The position numbers and the translations under genes are program-made. The notes under the pieces were generated by a model that saw only the letters and a list, made by a program, of their open reading frames with translations, was not told the origin of the DNA and did no database searches. DNA of 61,061 nucleotides, filler included, from Platydemus manokwari (Eukaryota): the NCBI GenBank assembly GCA_037951405.1. It is 5 parts of 5 records of this genome, joined end to end, with 100 filler letters (N's around TTAATTAATTAA, not from the genome) between each part and the next. Parts side by side here need not be neighbours in the genome. Positions count along the whole stretch, not along the records: positions 1 to 14,665 come from JBBMOY011420311.1; 4 more parts are not named here. The stretch is one strand, 5' to 3'. Shown in pieces: positions 1 through 14,542 of the stretch; within the stretch, counting starts at the first letter, position 1, and every line of letters begins with the position of its first letter.

Positions 1-21
1 TAATAATAATAATAATAATAA

Positions 22-64
<43 letters not shown>
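1..64. repeat. (TAA)n/(TTA)n trinucleotide microsatellite
   Basis: Directly visible TAA run followed by a TTA run at the window start. Confidence 0.95.
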
Positions 65-856
65 CAATTGTTCGATACGTTTCGACTTCATCACCTTTTA
101 TCAGTTGATTGCGGGGCTTGTTGTTCCATTTTAGTAGTACAACAGCAAATATATTCATTATGACTTATTTAAAATTAATGTTTCAATGTTCTTATATCGA
201 ATTGTATATTATATGCTATATTATATTATTATATAACCAGATAATGTCAAATAAATCTAATTATATGATTGGTTACAACGATAATAGAAGCAAATATTAA
301 TATCATTATTTCAAGTATCAACTAGATTAGCAAAACTTACTGCTTATTATCTTGTCTAAAGATTGTTACCTTTATTTCTAAAAACCGTTCTTTTTGTATC
401 AGATTTGAATGTAAATTGGATTGAATTCTTTATTTTCATTTATTAATAATCCTTATTAGTATTCAATCATTTCTATTCATTACTACCAGAAAGATCTTGA
501 ATCCATTATTCAATATTTACATAATGGTGGATTTCACTTTCACCTCTGTACAGTGAGGACCGCCAGTAATATTCTATAATTTTCATTTTTCTATTATATC
601 TATAATTCGTATATTTCTGGTTCCATGTAATCATCATAATTATTTCAATATGTTATGTAATCAATTGATTGATTTAAATAACATTTTACAAATCACCATC
701 AAACCAAAGGTATATGATAATCGATGAGCTATGACAACAATTTTATTTAATTTTTTATATTTCTGTTTTCTCTGTTAGAAAAACAACTTAAAATTCGTAA
801 AACTGCATGATTAAATACATGACAAATATAAAGGTAATTGACAATTTATATTTCAG

Positions 857-2060
857 TCTACATACATTCAATATCATCATTGGCGAGAAGGCAATTTACC
901 AAGTAATTCGAAATGTGAAATCTGCCGAAAAGTGTGTTGGTCAAATGAATGCTTAACTGGATTTCGATGCGAATGGTGTGGAATAACAGTGAGTCCCATT
1001 ATTACAGTTCTCTTCATTATTTCGATATTATAATTCATCTGTATGCATACATGTATGTTTCGTTAATATTCTTCAGCTTATTTTTATGAGATTTGTTTCA
1101 ACGACGCTCAGCAGTTGATTCCAAGAGATTTTATTATTCTCTAAAGAACCCCAAAATAGAGTTATGATATTATTGCTATAATCGAAGAAACGCTTTGCTT
1201 TCGTTTTGTATTAAAATCGTCTTTAATAAAGGCACTTTCGATATATGAATGGATATAATACAAAGGAATATTTAATTAAATCAAATAATCTAATAAAACG
1301 AAAAAATTATCGATAAAAAAACTATTGTTTAACTTAATAAGATTTCGATTCGAAAAGAATTTTAAAATAGATTTTAATTATCATTTTATGTCGTTGTTAA
1401 CAAATAATTTCACGATAAGTTGAAGAATGCCCATAATAGTACATAATTTTAAACTATCAAGTCAGTTCACATAGCTTATAAAACATTGAGATGTTGATAA
1501 TTCACTTATATACATATGGTTTAGGTTATTTTAGGAACTATATGCTAATAGATATTTTTATGCTAATAGAGATTATAAGAGAATTTTTTATAGAGTCATG
1601 CTGGTTGTTTAAAGCAAATTCCTGAAGAATGTTTCTTTGGAGATTTGAAAGAAATTCTTCTTCCACCTAGAGTAGTGTGCCTTCCCAAAACCAAGGTTTC
1701 GATGGAGAATATAATTGGAGTTCCTCGGTCAAGCAATTGTAAGTGAAATTAATTTGTTATTTTATATGTCACGAAAAATGTAACATATTATTAACATAAA
1801 TGTTTTTTGTGAATATGGGTTTAATAATATTACTTATCCCATAATAATAATTATTATTAATTTATAGGATAAAATAGTGATTATTATAATAATGATGTTG
1901 TTTAATTTTTATTTCAATGAATAATAATGAAATGAATGTATTAAAAAATTTCTAGCTCGTTTTGCACCCGGTACGTGGTCTAGTGACGAAGAAAGCAAGG
2001 AAGATAGTTTCCCTGAAAAAAAATCTCCTAAAGAACAATCAGAGAAAGAATCATCAGATG
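857..2060 (+). CDS. DGKQ: Diacylglycerol kinase theta-like, partial (internal exons 857-988, 1594-1738, 1956-2060; C1 domain and linker)
   Basis: Manual splicing at AG/GT sites gives HHWREGNLPSNSKCEICRKVCWSNECLTGFRCEWCGIT-SHAGCLKQIPEECFFGDLKEILLPP, with consistent exon phases. This matches the DGK-theta C1 signature HHWREGNLP..C..C.K.C.S...L.G.RCEWCG...H..C......EC.FG.L..L.LPP. The exons are too short to appear in the ORF track. Confidence 0.85.
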
Positions 2061-2502
2061 GTTAGTTTCTCTTATTATTTAAAATTTCTGAAAAATTAAA
2101 CATCTTATAAGCTTCTAATTAATTTTAACAATTGATAAATCATTGTAGCCATTTGTATATTGTGATAAATGGATGTGAGAGAATAATAAAATATCAATAA
2201 AGAACAACGGTAAAGTTGGGAAAATTTGATGTGATCTATCAGTGGTAGAATTTTGAAGCAATCTATTTGAGTTCCTAATGATATGGACGAGTAAGATGAA
2301 ATGGAAAATGGCTCTATATCTACTTGTTGAAATCCTCCGGTCCAAGACATTCATCAAGAAATACCTGGTAACTTATAACATGCGATCTCCTTTATCTTAA
2401 TTTTCGAATCATTCTTCATTTTGTCAATCATTATAATCTTTTAACCATTTAATAATTCTCATTTATGTCAATTTATAAGTAGTAGCTGGTACCTTATTCA
2501 TT

Positions 2503-2707
2503 NNNNNNNNNNNNNNNNNNNNNNNNNNNNNNNNNNNNNNNNNNNNNNNNNNNNNNNNNNNNNNNNNNNNNNNNNNNNNNNNNNNNNNNNNNNNNNNNNN
2601 NNNNNNNNNNNNNNNNNNNNNNNNNNNNNNNNNNNNNNNNNNNNNNNNNNNNNNNNNNNNNNNNNNNNNNNNNNNNNNNNNNNNNNNNATTTTTATCATT
2701 ATTACTA

Positions 2708-2768
<61 letters not shown>

Positions 2769-2772
2769 CATC
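2503..2772. repeat. Assembly gap (N, 2503-2688) followed by (ATT)n microsatellite
   Basis: Directly visible; explains the poly-Ile ORF 2463..2771. Confidence 0.95.
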
Positions 2773-3733
2773 TTTCTATTTACTTCAGCACCATGAATTA
2801 TAATTAAGGTTTAAATTTAGATCGTAATAGTTCTATTGATTTGTTAATATAATATTGCGAGATAGTTAAACGATTACCGAAAATAAAATGCGAAGATTTT
2901 CGTTTTGTTAAGATTCATTACTGCTAATGGTTGCTATATCATTTAAATTATCAGACTTATTGATTGCACTCATCACAAGAGTTTTTTTAATAATACATTT
3001 CATTAAGCAGATAAGAGTGTTTAAAATTTAATAAATACAAATATGATTAATATATTATCTTTTAATTTTAATATAATTTATTCAGATCTATTCCCTGATT
3101 TCTATGATATCTAAACAATCATGTTATAACACAAAATAACCAATAAACAATAACGAATCCTAAAATCCCTGCAATATTGTTTCTAAAATCGCATAAATAT
3201 TCTTGAAATCTGCTTGTAAAAAATATAAATGATATTTTATCAGATAACACACACTCTTTATAGCAAACAGAGATTATTATTTATTTAACAATTTCTCGAA
3301 TTATATAATTTGAAATGAATATTAATACCATATTTGCCAATCAGACATAACTGTTTTGAATAATTTTACAATAAACTGGGGGGGTAAAATAATTGGTTCG
3401 ACGTTTTTGTTTGCAATTATCTCATTTCTTTATCAATCTTATGTAGGAACTCAATTTCATATCAGTATTAATCCCGGATTTGCGATAACTCCAAACCATA
3501 CCAAACCAATAGCGTTTAACAATAAAGACTGAGGAACTTATAAATTTTTCAATCCATCTTTGATAATTCCGAACATTTGTTGAAATACAAAATAATTTTG
3601 AAGAACATTTGCTTCTGTAGTCAATCAATATTAGTTAGAAATTTTGTTAATATTTTAATATTCGTGTTAATGAAAATAAATGTTATATCTCTTCATCTCT
3701 ATTGAAATAAAACCATCAAATAAAATAATCAAC

Positions 3734-6700
3734 CAAGTGCTTCCACTGAGGAATTGTTACCATGGAAAATGAATTGAGAATTTGTTAATTCGAATTTACC
3801 ATCTACGACCTCAGTAAATGTGATTAACCTACATCGGGATTCAAAAACAATGTTCTTCTTAACTCCCATAGAATGTTTTGGAGTGGATCCCGATGTTATT
3901 TCAGCACTAAAAAACAAGAAACCAATCGAAACTTCATAGGACGTGTAGATATTGAAATTACCCGATATTTTGAACTGTCATCCATTCATCATCTCCAAGC
4001 TGATCGTCTCCGATAGCTGAAAAATCAATTTTTCCTTCCAAGGCACTAAAGCACATTAATGGGTCCGATTCGATATCTTTATAAGAATGACTAGGAAAAT
4101 CTCTTTCATTGCTAGCATCGATGTGTTGATTATATTCATAATTTGGATCAAATCTCGGACGCATTCGTAAATAATTTTCTCTACAAGATTGTTTGTAGTA
4201 GATTTTTTCACGATTCGATCTGATATTGAAGTTATCATGTTATTAACATTAAAAACAATCTTACTCGTCGTACCAACACCCTTTACTACTCGTCAGAAAT
4301 TGCTTTATCAATCGCCAATGTCTTAATATTGATTCATGTTGCGATTTCATATCTTTCATTATGCAATCCTTTCGTTTCCTTTCTTCTTTGACCCATTTTA
4401 TAGTCATACTTATTATTTGATTTTCGAACAATTTCCTATGCTCATTACTCATAGCCCATCGTTCCTTACGATCAAGACTCATCCGTTCATTGGCTTGAGC
4501 TCGCCACAGACTTTGAACCGTTGTCATCTCATTCAGATAAGTGGATTCATAGATTTCACAGGCCGAAAATAGCTGAAATGTTTGATGAAATAGAAACAAA
4601 ATATGACATATTCACTTTAGATTTGATAAAAGATTTCCATTCCTGATTGTTACAATAGACTTTGAAATCATCGATAAAATCTGCACTCCTCATGGAAATA
4701 CCCGGTAGACAGTTAGATATGTAAAACATTTCTCCATGACATTCCAACAATGTTTTCATAATGGGAGCGACGAAATAATAATTATCACTATCGATAACAA
4801 CTTTCAACACACGATCCAAATGGATCAAGATGAATGCTATCTAAACCAAAATCGTATCACGATCAACAATTCACATTGAAAACAAGCAATGAGTACTTCA
4901 TCATAATTTACATTTTTAGAGATGCATGTAATGATTTGATGTAATCGAGCACACACAGTTGACACAATCTCAAGGTCACTATCACAACTGAGTGTTAATA
5001 GATACAAAAATCCAAGCGCGGCCAATTCAGACCATCCTGCATGGTCATCCCAAACTTGCAAGCATTCTTGTAGCAATTCGATTGTTTGATTGAATAACTG
5101 TAATAAAAATAATCAATTAAATCAATTAAAAATCTTTCTATTAATATATTATAATCAAAATAGTTTTACAAGTTCAAATCGTATAAAAAAATAATTGAAA
5201 AATTATGTTGTCAAATCCCCAATATAAGCTGCAGCATGTATTAGCTGATTCATTTGAAAGCCACTGACTTGGATACTATTTTTAAATGGTTTGTTTCCTA
5301 TTGGAAAGAGGTTAAAATTTCAATCATTTTGAATGGCTTTCTTGTTTATGTCGCTAAAGATGACAATGGTTTTGAAATTGAAGAAAGTAGAAGTAAAATA
5401 ATATAGTAAGACGTTGCTGGAATTAACCCCAATTTTCACAAGTACAATCTGGAACTTGTATTCGAGATTTACAGTAAATCAAACCAAACCAACATTAAAT
5501 AAAACAGAATAAATAAAATACCTGGATATCATATTGGTATTTGTTTTGGACGCTATTATGGCAGCAACTATCGACAACGAGATACACGAGTTCCTTTGAA
5601 TGCATTGAGAGATGAGTTATTGATATATCTAATTATTAGTGTTCATTAATATTTTTATTTATATCCAAATATTCACCGGTGGTTTTAAATGAATTAATCA
5701 TGGAATCCAAAAGTCCAATGAAGATTTTTTGTTTAAAATAGAAAACATGATTCACCAATATATATCTCTTATCAACACTTCGTAAACTTTCCATGACCTG
5801 ATGAACAACCTGGAATCATCGTTATAAAATTATTGTCATCATCGTTATACGCTCACCATCCATGACGATTGATCCGAGGATGAACTCAGAACTGTCCATA
5901 TAACCTGACGCAAACAACTCAATACCAGATCAATTAGTTCTTTATGGAAAACATCAATGTTTTCATTATCCACTTCTTTATCATCGATATCTGATATTCC
6001 ATTTATCATTTTTCTGAGCGACACATAGTCATCATTAGAAGCTATCCAAGAAGAGGGTCGGGTGAAATAATTCATGCTCATATTGAGACTGCTCTCATCA
6101 TTGTACGTTTCAGTAGTTACTGAACTGAGATGACGTGAATACATCGTATCGAGCGATTTGTTCTCCAAATTCTCGTCCATTATTTCCGTATTATCGGTGA
6201 TTTGCTCACTAATAGAATATTCATCTTCATCCTTAAAGAAGCAATTAATATGATAGGTATAAAATAATATCAAACCTCCTCCAAAACGTCATCGAATTTT
6301 AAAGATGAATTCAAAGCATTTTCACAAATCGAATCATCGAAAACCCATGTTGAAGACCTTCGAAATCCTTTATCGTTGGCACTGGAATCTTTTCTTTTAA
6401 ATTCAATGTCACCATTCTTCCCACTCTCACTCAATGAAGACACACTCTCTTTTTCTTCTCTAATTTTAATATTAAAATCTTTATAAAATTTCATATAATT
6501 TCATTATTTTCAATAAATATATCGTTTATGAATTCATACTATTTTCTTCAGAATAATTAGAGTGTCCTTAAATTTACATTCATTTTGTTAATAAAGAGAA
6601 AGATCAAACTAAAAAAATTAATAGTATTTAAACACAAAAGATCAGCAAAAATATTTCACATGTTCTGGAAAATGAAATTATAGAACGATAATTTTTGTTC

Positions 6701-9700
6701 TTGGACTTGTGTTTATGCTGAAATCTTTAAGTGGTTTTTAGAGATTTTATATTAAGATGCCACAAAATTGACATTAATATCACATGTGGTAATGATATGA
6801 ATAATAGGATAACAAATTATTGTTTAAGCAGACATTCTCAATTACGAGACAGCATGAGATCAGCCATTGTTTTATTCGAGAAATAACATCACTTCGATAT
6901 TGATTGGATTAATATGATTGGCCAAACAAATTGTCCAAATAACCAAATGTTTCATAAAAATAGAAATAGTAATTTATTTACACCGATAATTAGAGAATTG
7001 AACTTAAGTTCAATAAATGAGTCCTTTAATCTAATTTCATTATGATGAATTTTAGCTTATGATTTAATTTTAATTTTCAAACTCATTTTTCATTTTAAAC
7101 GAAAACTAATAAAAACTGCGATGTAATTTTTTTTCCTTTATGGTTCATTATAATAGGTATAAATATCTGTGCAATCTGTACTAACGAAGAATATTTAATG
7201 GTTAACAGTGATAACAAAAGCTTGAAACGGACATGAGAATCCTTCAATAAAACGTATAAATGAGTGACCAGAGTACAATCAACACAATAAAATATTACAC
7301 AACACATCAAATGTTAATTTTGAATTTATCTTGTTTCTGATTTTAAACTGGAAATAACAAATAATCGACAAATTTTGTATCTTAATAAATATTTTAAAAT
7401 CTTTTGTAATATATTCATAATTTTTTACCATTTTCGGGTAGTTAATTTATTCACGGAATTCATTTGATGGCATACTTTAAACAAATATTTAGAATACCGA
7501 AAAAGAATCAAACAAAATTTCAAACACAGCACTTTTCATAATTTTTGGACATTGCAATCGATATGATTCTTTATATTTGCAAGAAATCTTTATAGGATTT
7601 CCACAGATACAAATTTCCGACTTTCATATTCGACCTGTTATTTTAAAATATTGTTTTTTGATTTAAACAAATTCCTTGTGAGTTTAATAATACAACATTT
7701 GTTGTTCTTATAAAATAAATTTGATTTATTTGTAAATTGGTCTTTTTTTCGAATAATCATTTTTCTGTGAGCTTTTAAATTTCCAATTTATTTCATATTT
7801 GATCTCAAACAACTAAAATTAAATAAAAAATTCAAAATGATTTTAACGAATATAATTAATAAAATTATATATATTTGCAATACACTCTAGAAATTTAAAA
7901 TTTTATTTTAGGTCCTCTCTTCATATCAATTTTTTCAGATTACTGACAACATGATGAATTATGGGAAATGAGTGATTAATGGAGTATTAATGACCATATT
8001 TTAGGCGTCCTTTATAAAATTGTTAAGACTTATTCTGAATATGAATAAAAGTCATTTAAATTGTCCCAAAACAAAAATAAAACTTTTAATAAGTATAATA
8101 TAATGTTTATCATTGTAAAATATTTCAAATTGAACTTTAATATGTTTGAGTTACTTTATATAGGTTCTCATTTGATATTAAAATATGGTATTTATAATAC
8201 CATCTTTAAAATATTCATTTCACATCAATAAACAATACAGAAAAATTTAGATTAAAAAAAAATACTTTTTCGAAACAACCAATAAATGAATGAGTATATC
8301 TTGCCATCCCGGTTGTTTGGCAATCGCTAAAATCGCGTCTGGGGATTTATCAAAGAAAGACTTCAACATTTTCATTGCACTTATTCTCTGCTTGATCGGC
8401 GACAACGTTAACAGCGACAAGAATTGAATAATTCCAAATAAATCTTTGGCTGCCGCTAGAAAATGTTGACACATCAATTGATGATAACTAAATTTCTATG
8501 CAAATTGTCATTTAATGCGATGGAAACTCTAGGGAAGTGTGGAAATCATAATAATTGTTTTAATGACTTTAGGTGCCATTTGTGAAAATGAGACACAAAT
8601 TGAAGTACAAAATATTGGCATGATAACATTGATATTAAATTTTCAATAATTTATTTCCTGCCACAATAGTTATTAATATGATCGTATATCTTATCAGATC
8701 AGCTATGAAAGAAATGGTATAATAATGACAAATTCTGAGATGATGATGTAGCTGAACCATGATGAAAAACAAATCAATTTCAACCCGCCCAGAAGCAAAA
8801 TCCACAGGAATTTATTGAATATTTAAAAATGGAATTCGTTATATCGCCATAAATTATTAATGACTTCAAAAATAAAAAATTTTCGATTATCAATTATTTG
8901 ATAAGTGTGTATGTGTTCAATTTCAACTTGCCATGACGTCAAATAACTAAAGGGCGAGTCTCAATTGGAGAGAATTTTTATAAAACAGTAAACAGTGGTG
9001 AAAATGATTTTTTGGTATCAAATAAATTTCTTGTTTAATTGAGAGATTTAAGTCAACTGAAAGCATTAGCAAAAAATCAAGCATCAAATCTTGTTATAAT
9101 AATTACGACAAAAAAGATGGTGCAGTTGTTAAAGCATAATAAAATATTCTCTCCATACTAAAGTCGTCTAAGAGTCTATTTCATCATTTTAAAATCATCG
9201 TTTCATCGCATCCATAAAATGAAGTTGGATCTCAAAGCAATCACTTTTCTTTGTTTCAAGAGCTTAATGAGGTCAATCCTGATCAACGATTGAGTTTCTG
9301 AGAAGATTTAATTTCTTTACTAAAACCGAATCCTCAAATTATAAACAATGATTTGGAATGATGAAACTAATTTCAATCTCAATTGATAGGTTAATCATCA
9401 TAACTGTGTTTATTTATTAGATAATAGTCTTCCAACAAATTCCGTGTATCAACGCGGTATCACTGTTTTGGACGGACATTTCTGAATAGGAAATTACTTG
9501 AACTTATATCTGTCAGCGATGAAAATCATCTCCTTATGCTTAGAGACAATGCTTCTAGAGGTTGAAAGATTCGAAATGTACTCATGCATTATGAAAAATC
9601 GCCTTTCCAGTGATCCACCATGATCTATATAAATCATAAATTTCGAAACCATTAGATAGACCATCTTTGAAATCTTTTAAAGTGGCTCAAAAGATTTCCA

Positions 9701-12700
9701 GACTTAACGCTATGTGATTTCTTTTCTTGGGGTCAGATAAAATAAGTGGTGAAATAGAGTCATAATCAGAGCTCGAATTAACTTGAAAATAAAATTTATG
9801 ACGCACTTATGACGATGATGAAAAGTTATGTAAAGAGGTATGTTCTGGAGTTTTCGAGAATCTAATTCGTCAATTTGTATTGATAAAAATGACGGACATT
9901 GTGAAAATAAAATTTAAAAGTGAAAGTCTTTGCAAAAAGAGGTGTACGATGTCTAATGGAACACTCTGTGGGTCCAACCATTTAAACAAAAAATTAAAAT
10001 ATAATTGAAAATTGATTTTTATTTTATTTAATAATAAAAATAAATTTAATAATTCTAACCAACAGCAATGGTTGAAATATTTATTTATTAAAATATAAAA
10101 TTTTACCCTTTTGTCACACTCTAATAAAATACCTTTATATAATGATATTGATTTGAATTTTGATAATCAGGTCAAGACAATTGCAGAAAAAAAACCACAA
10201 TTAAATTCAGAATGATTAAGTTCTCGAATTAAAATGAAAATCTCAACTTATTATATTATTTTTCTTAAACTAATTAATCGATAAGAATGACATCACAATG
10301 TCATACAAAGTTGAGGCTATTGTTGGTGATTTAAATAAATACTTCCTCGTAATTGGTGAAGAGTTTGGAAATTTTGATATTACGCTTAAAAATGAGATAT
10401 AATTACGATTTTGTAGTGAAATATAAAATATTATCACAAGAATCAAATCAAAGTATCCAGTATAAATATATAGAAATAAATAATATCTGAGTTTTTCGTA
10501 ATCAAATATTCTCAATTTTTCAACGAATCCATTGATATTGATCGAATTGTCAAACAGAACTCTATCAATTATTTTCCAGTGATAAATAAAATTATCTATT
10601 GCAACCATTTTCTAAAACTTTCATTGTCAGAATAGATTATCAATAATTAATTATTGATGATGACGGAAAATTTTTTGTTAAAAACAATTTATAAATACTT
10701 CAAAAGCTTGATAAGTGTTTTCAATCTAAAAATTAATATATGCAAACTTCCGAAATTTTCAATTAATGAGCCAGTAAGTGAACGCTTTTCACAAAATATA
10801 TCAAATAAACCCTATTCAGTGATATGAAATCCAGTATGAGCAATTATTAATGAAATTAGATTCGAATCCAAAATTGAGTGAATTACAGAATGATTGATTC
10901 GAAATCCTATTCAATACTGATGTATAGAAGGACTATTTTAATCCACCAATGAGTGAACAGACTCGAATTTATCAATGGACCAAATCAGATAACGCTCACA
11001 ATTGCATAAGGATTCAAGATAAACCTGATTCTATGATATTCATAACAAACAAAAATGAACTGCAGAGTTTTTAATTTTACGAAACTTTTATTATTCAAAA
11101 TTCAAGTTTCCTCGTTTAATAAATAGCAATTATCACACTTCATTTTTGAAGCTCGAAAACTGATTTTGTGGCAATTTTAAATGAGTTCGTCTATCCAATC
11201 AATCAATCACTTACAATCGTAGAAATAATCGATAATATTACCGGAACAAATCAAATCGATATTTACAATATTTCCAACTCATACTGAATAAATAAAACAT
11301 TGATATCGATATAAAGAAAAAATATTTCAATAACTAATTGATCTAATGACAAACAACTCATGAGACAAGAATCGATCGTAAAGAAACGAAATAAAAATGA
11401 ATAAATGGTAAAGAAAAGAATCACTATTAGACATTTAGATACATGCATCGAATAAAAACAAGCTAAAAAAATTAAAAAAAAGAGGAATCAAATTCCATAA
11501 AAAGATCAACTGTTAAATGGATCTCGAAATTTCGGACACAAGTCGACATGCAGAAAAAATCGATAAATGTTCATGCGATAATTTCAAAAACATTAAATAA
11601 ATTACCGAGTTCGCATGATCGGTGAAATGCAGAGACAATGACTAAATTTGACGAAAAGGAGGAGTTCATTAGATATTAAAGAAATATCGTTAAATAAATA
11701 TATTATCACACCTTTCTTTATGATGTCGAGTAAATGTTGAATGGACTCTGATGACAGTGGAGATTGGCAGAATTCCTTGAATGTGAAAATCGATGCGAAA
11801 CTAATCTCGCTTAGTAGTAGATGATTCTTAAATTTATCTTGAGTACGGCATGATGTAATAATGAGATGCAAAAACTGGTGTTACAGAGAAAGTTAATTAA
11901 ATGATAGGAATATAATAAACATTACTTTTATGGCGCTCTCTTTTGTTTGGACGGACATTTCTCTAATTAAAAGTACAAAAAGACTTTCCATGAGATGATT
12001 TTCATACAGAAGCAGAAAATCCTGATCAAATTTCCCAGATGATTCATAGATTTCAGTAAGCAGTTTTAGAAATTCCTGGATCTAATATGATAATAAATTA
12101 AATGCTGGATAATAGAATTAACAGCTATAATAATAATAAACTAAAGGATAATAATAATAAAATAACAATTTAATACCATGCTATCGTTATTGCATTCATG
12201 AATAAATTTGAGAATTTTCTGATAATCTTGGATCGTGACATGCTTGTGGATTAAATGGAAGATCATGGAGTAGAATTTATTTCTGAGAATCTTGTGAACA
12301 TCGACTCCATCAATGATATCAGGTCTATGATAGCAATCAATACGTTGAAATGCAAAAAAAATGGTTACTTGTGGTAAAATCGAATGGCATCAATGAAAAA
12401 TAAAATGCCATATTTTTTACGAAACTTATTCCGATCATCTTTGACGAGATTCAAAACAAAATTGCAATGTTGTTCACGAAGATCGATACTACATCGACTC
12501 CAGATTCGCCAATCAAGCAGTATATATTGAGAGATTTGCGAACTGATATTAGGTGGAGATAAATCGGACAGTGAATGGAACGACAATACGACATTCATGT
12601 CAAGAAAATCTGTTTCGATCTAATTTTAAACTCATCATTATATGCTGGATAAATAAAATTTAGAAAAATACTTTTTGAAGCATAGCTCCAAGTATTTGTA

Positions 12701-12802
12701 TGAATTTTATGTGCTCCATTTGTTGCTGATTGATATCAAACGATATTAGTTTCCGGATTAGTGTGACAATACTCGCCAAAACACTTTCATTCCATTTCAT
12801 TT
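3734..12802 (-). CDS. NBEAL1: Neurobeachin-like protein (NBEAL1/2 family), partial; about 15 exons from the armadillo-like/DUF4704 region through DUF4800 to the start of PH-BEACH
   Basis: Exons splice in frame at GT-AG. Family motifs: ILLDWRIWSR...KDDRNKFRKKYGILFFIDAIRFY, AIAKQPGWQDILIHLL, FIDDFKVYCNNQEWKSFI, RHWRLIKQFLTSSKGCW, RENYLRMRPRFDPNYEYNQH, and CRLITFTEVVDGKFELTNSQFIF (PH-BEACH start). Large introns at about 6461-8264 and 8457-11711. NBEAL1 versus NBEAL2 cannot be resolved. Confidence 0.85.
7795..7890. repeat. Dispersed AT-rich repeat, copy 1 (similar to 42501-42612)
   Basis: Shared blocks ATATTTGAT(C/T)TCAAACAACTAAAATT...TAAATAAAAAATTCAAAATG..TTTAA.GAAT.TAATTAA occur in both places. 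Confidence 0.6.
8933..9968 (+). mobile_element. Decayed Tc1/mariner DD37D (maT/rosa-like) transposon inside an NBEAL intron
   Basis: Motifs in the expected order, with stops and frameshifts: FQELNEVNPDQRLSF, MIWNDETNFNLN..VNHHNC (~9348; cf. IxFSDEAxFxLNGxVNxHNC), WLKRFPDLTLCDFFSWG (~9683; cf. WPPRSPDLTPCDFFLWG), CIDKNDGHCENKI*. A TIR-like end GGAACACTCTG follows. Confidence 0.8.
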
Positions 12803-14542
12803 CTACGAATGATGATTAATTATATCGTAATAGTAAATTATAATTTAGGTTTTATCTATTCATAGTCAGATATTCCACCAATGATATCGTTTATTTAAAA
12901 TGATAATCTGTCACAACATCAATATGCAGAGCTTAACTTTTTAACATTGAAACCGATCACTCTAATCTTGTTTTTCGATTTACCAATTGACTCTATTTCT
13001 CCAGGCAATGATATAAAATGTGAGAATTATGAGATATCGGTGATCCATCAATTCCAATAGTTTGTACTGGGTTCGAATCTCGAATCCACCATTTGATAAT
13101 TTTCACATCGATGGATTCAGAATTCATGGTCACTATCACTTATCATATTATACACAGTGATTGGATTGTGGTTTAACGTATATCTATCGACGTATCCCTC
13201 GAACAATTATCGAATTATCGAAAGATTTTAATGTCTCTCAAACAATAATTTTTCAAATGAATAATATAATCGATCGACAGAGATGCAATTTTTATCACCA
13301 ACATTAAAGACCATTCAAAGTGAAAAGATATCAATATTGGAATACTCACTTCGTTGCCATGGAAATTATTCACATTATCATTGTATATGTCAAATACCTT
13401 TTGTGTCGAAAATTTATCGTTGATTACAATAACATTCCATTAGCAAGTGAACATATATAGCTTATATCACAACAAATTTTATTTATCAGAAACATATATC
13501 GATCAACAGGAATTTTATCCCGTTTCCAGACATTAATATATATAAAAATCTTAGATTTCGTAGAAATTTCTTAGTAAGACGTTTTCTAAAAACAAACTCA
13601 ACCATTGATTATTGATAGGAAAGTCTGCAATGAAAGATTATTCTCAGCAGTCACCATAATAATTTAATAAAGAATTCAGATTTAGATATTATCAGCGAAG
13701 TATTTGTTTGAATTAGCTGAAATCAAATAATAAGCATATTTATCCGTTAAAAAATCCGAAATACCCATCACCATTTATCGTTTTGTTAATTGTTATATAA
13801 ATTAACTCTCGTTCTCGCTGTGGTGCTCTTTTATTGACATAGACCATTTATGCACTTTTAATAATTTAGGTTATTCCATAAAGCCAAAGCGAAAATTCAG
13901 AACCTTACTAAACATGAAACACACATCTTACTATTTGGAGATCATTTATCATGTGAGTATGAGAATTAAAGCCATTGCCAGGAGACACATTAGCATAGAT
14001 TAAAATAAGTTAGATCAGAACAGCATCAATATTTATCTTCTATAATAATATTCTATAAAAAAATTTTTACCATTGCCGTCTAAAATACCTCTGAAGTGAA
14101 AGAGCGTAATTTTAGATCTCGTAATTTTAATTAACTTGTTACTACAGAATTAAGACACAATTTTCAATTCTAAGTTCGTGAATATTGATTTATTGATTTA
14201 TTGTACTTTATTGGTGTCTTCTGTTCATGACCAATGAGATTCTTTATTGTTGAAAATAACACACTGGGGCAAAACATATTTCCATTTCCTAGTTTCAGAA
14301 CACAAAAAATAGAAATATAATCAATTTATGAAGTCACACTATCTATTTTTTGATGATTTGTAGATCACAGACTTCACGGTAACAAAATATGATGATAATA
14401 AATAAGGAAAATCAATTATTGTAAGCATTAAGTCAAGTAAAAGGATATATTTGCCTTGATTTTTAATTTGTAAGAATGATTTTTGAATTATTAGAAGGGA
14501 TATATGCACCCCCACACATATATAGTGAATAAATGTTATATA

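Noticed and set aside
62-115. Hammerhead-ribozyme-like string on the minus strand (ATCAA-CTGATAA...GTCGAAAC...TTGAT)
   Set aside because: The core is CTGATAA rather than CUGANGA, stem II does not pair, and there is no UH cleavage site next to stem I. At best a dead relic.
2463-2771. Poly-Ile ORFs (also 47809..48090) and ORF 14710..14904
   Set aside because: Translations of microsatellites and N gaps.
3150-3700. Hints of PH/BEACH continuation (EMKRYNI, QRWIEKFISS) after the last NBEAL exon
   Set aside because: Interrupted by stops, with no consistent splice phase. Similar chance matches also occur on the wrong strand in this AT-rich DNA.
10270-10608. 112-aa ORF inside the NBEAL intron
   Set aside because: AT-driven F/I/Y/L/N/K composition, no recognisable domain, and not needed for the NBEAL reading frame.
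13066-13091. tRNA-like T-arm/B-box GGGTTCGAATCTCGAATCCACCA
   Set aside because: No matching 5' acceptor strand, D-arm or anticodon arm upstream. Possibly a SINE relic, but not a tRNA gene.
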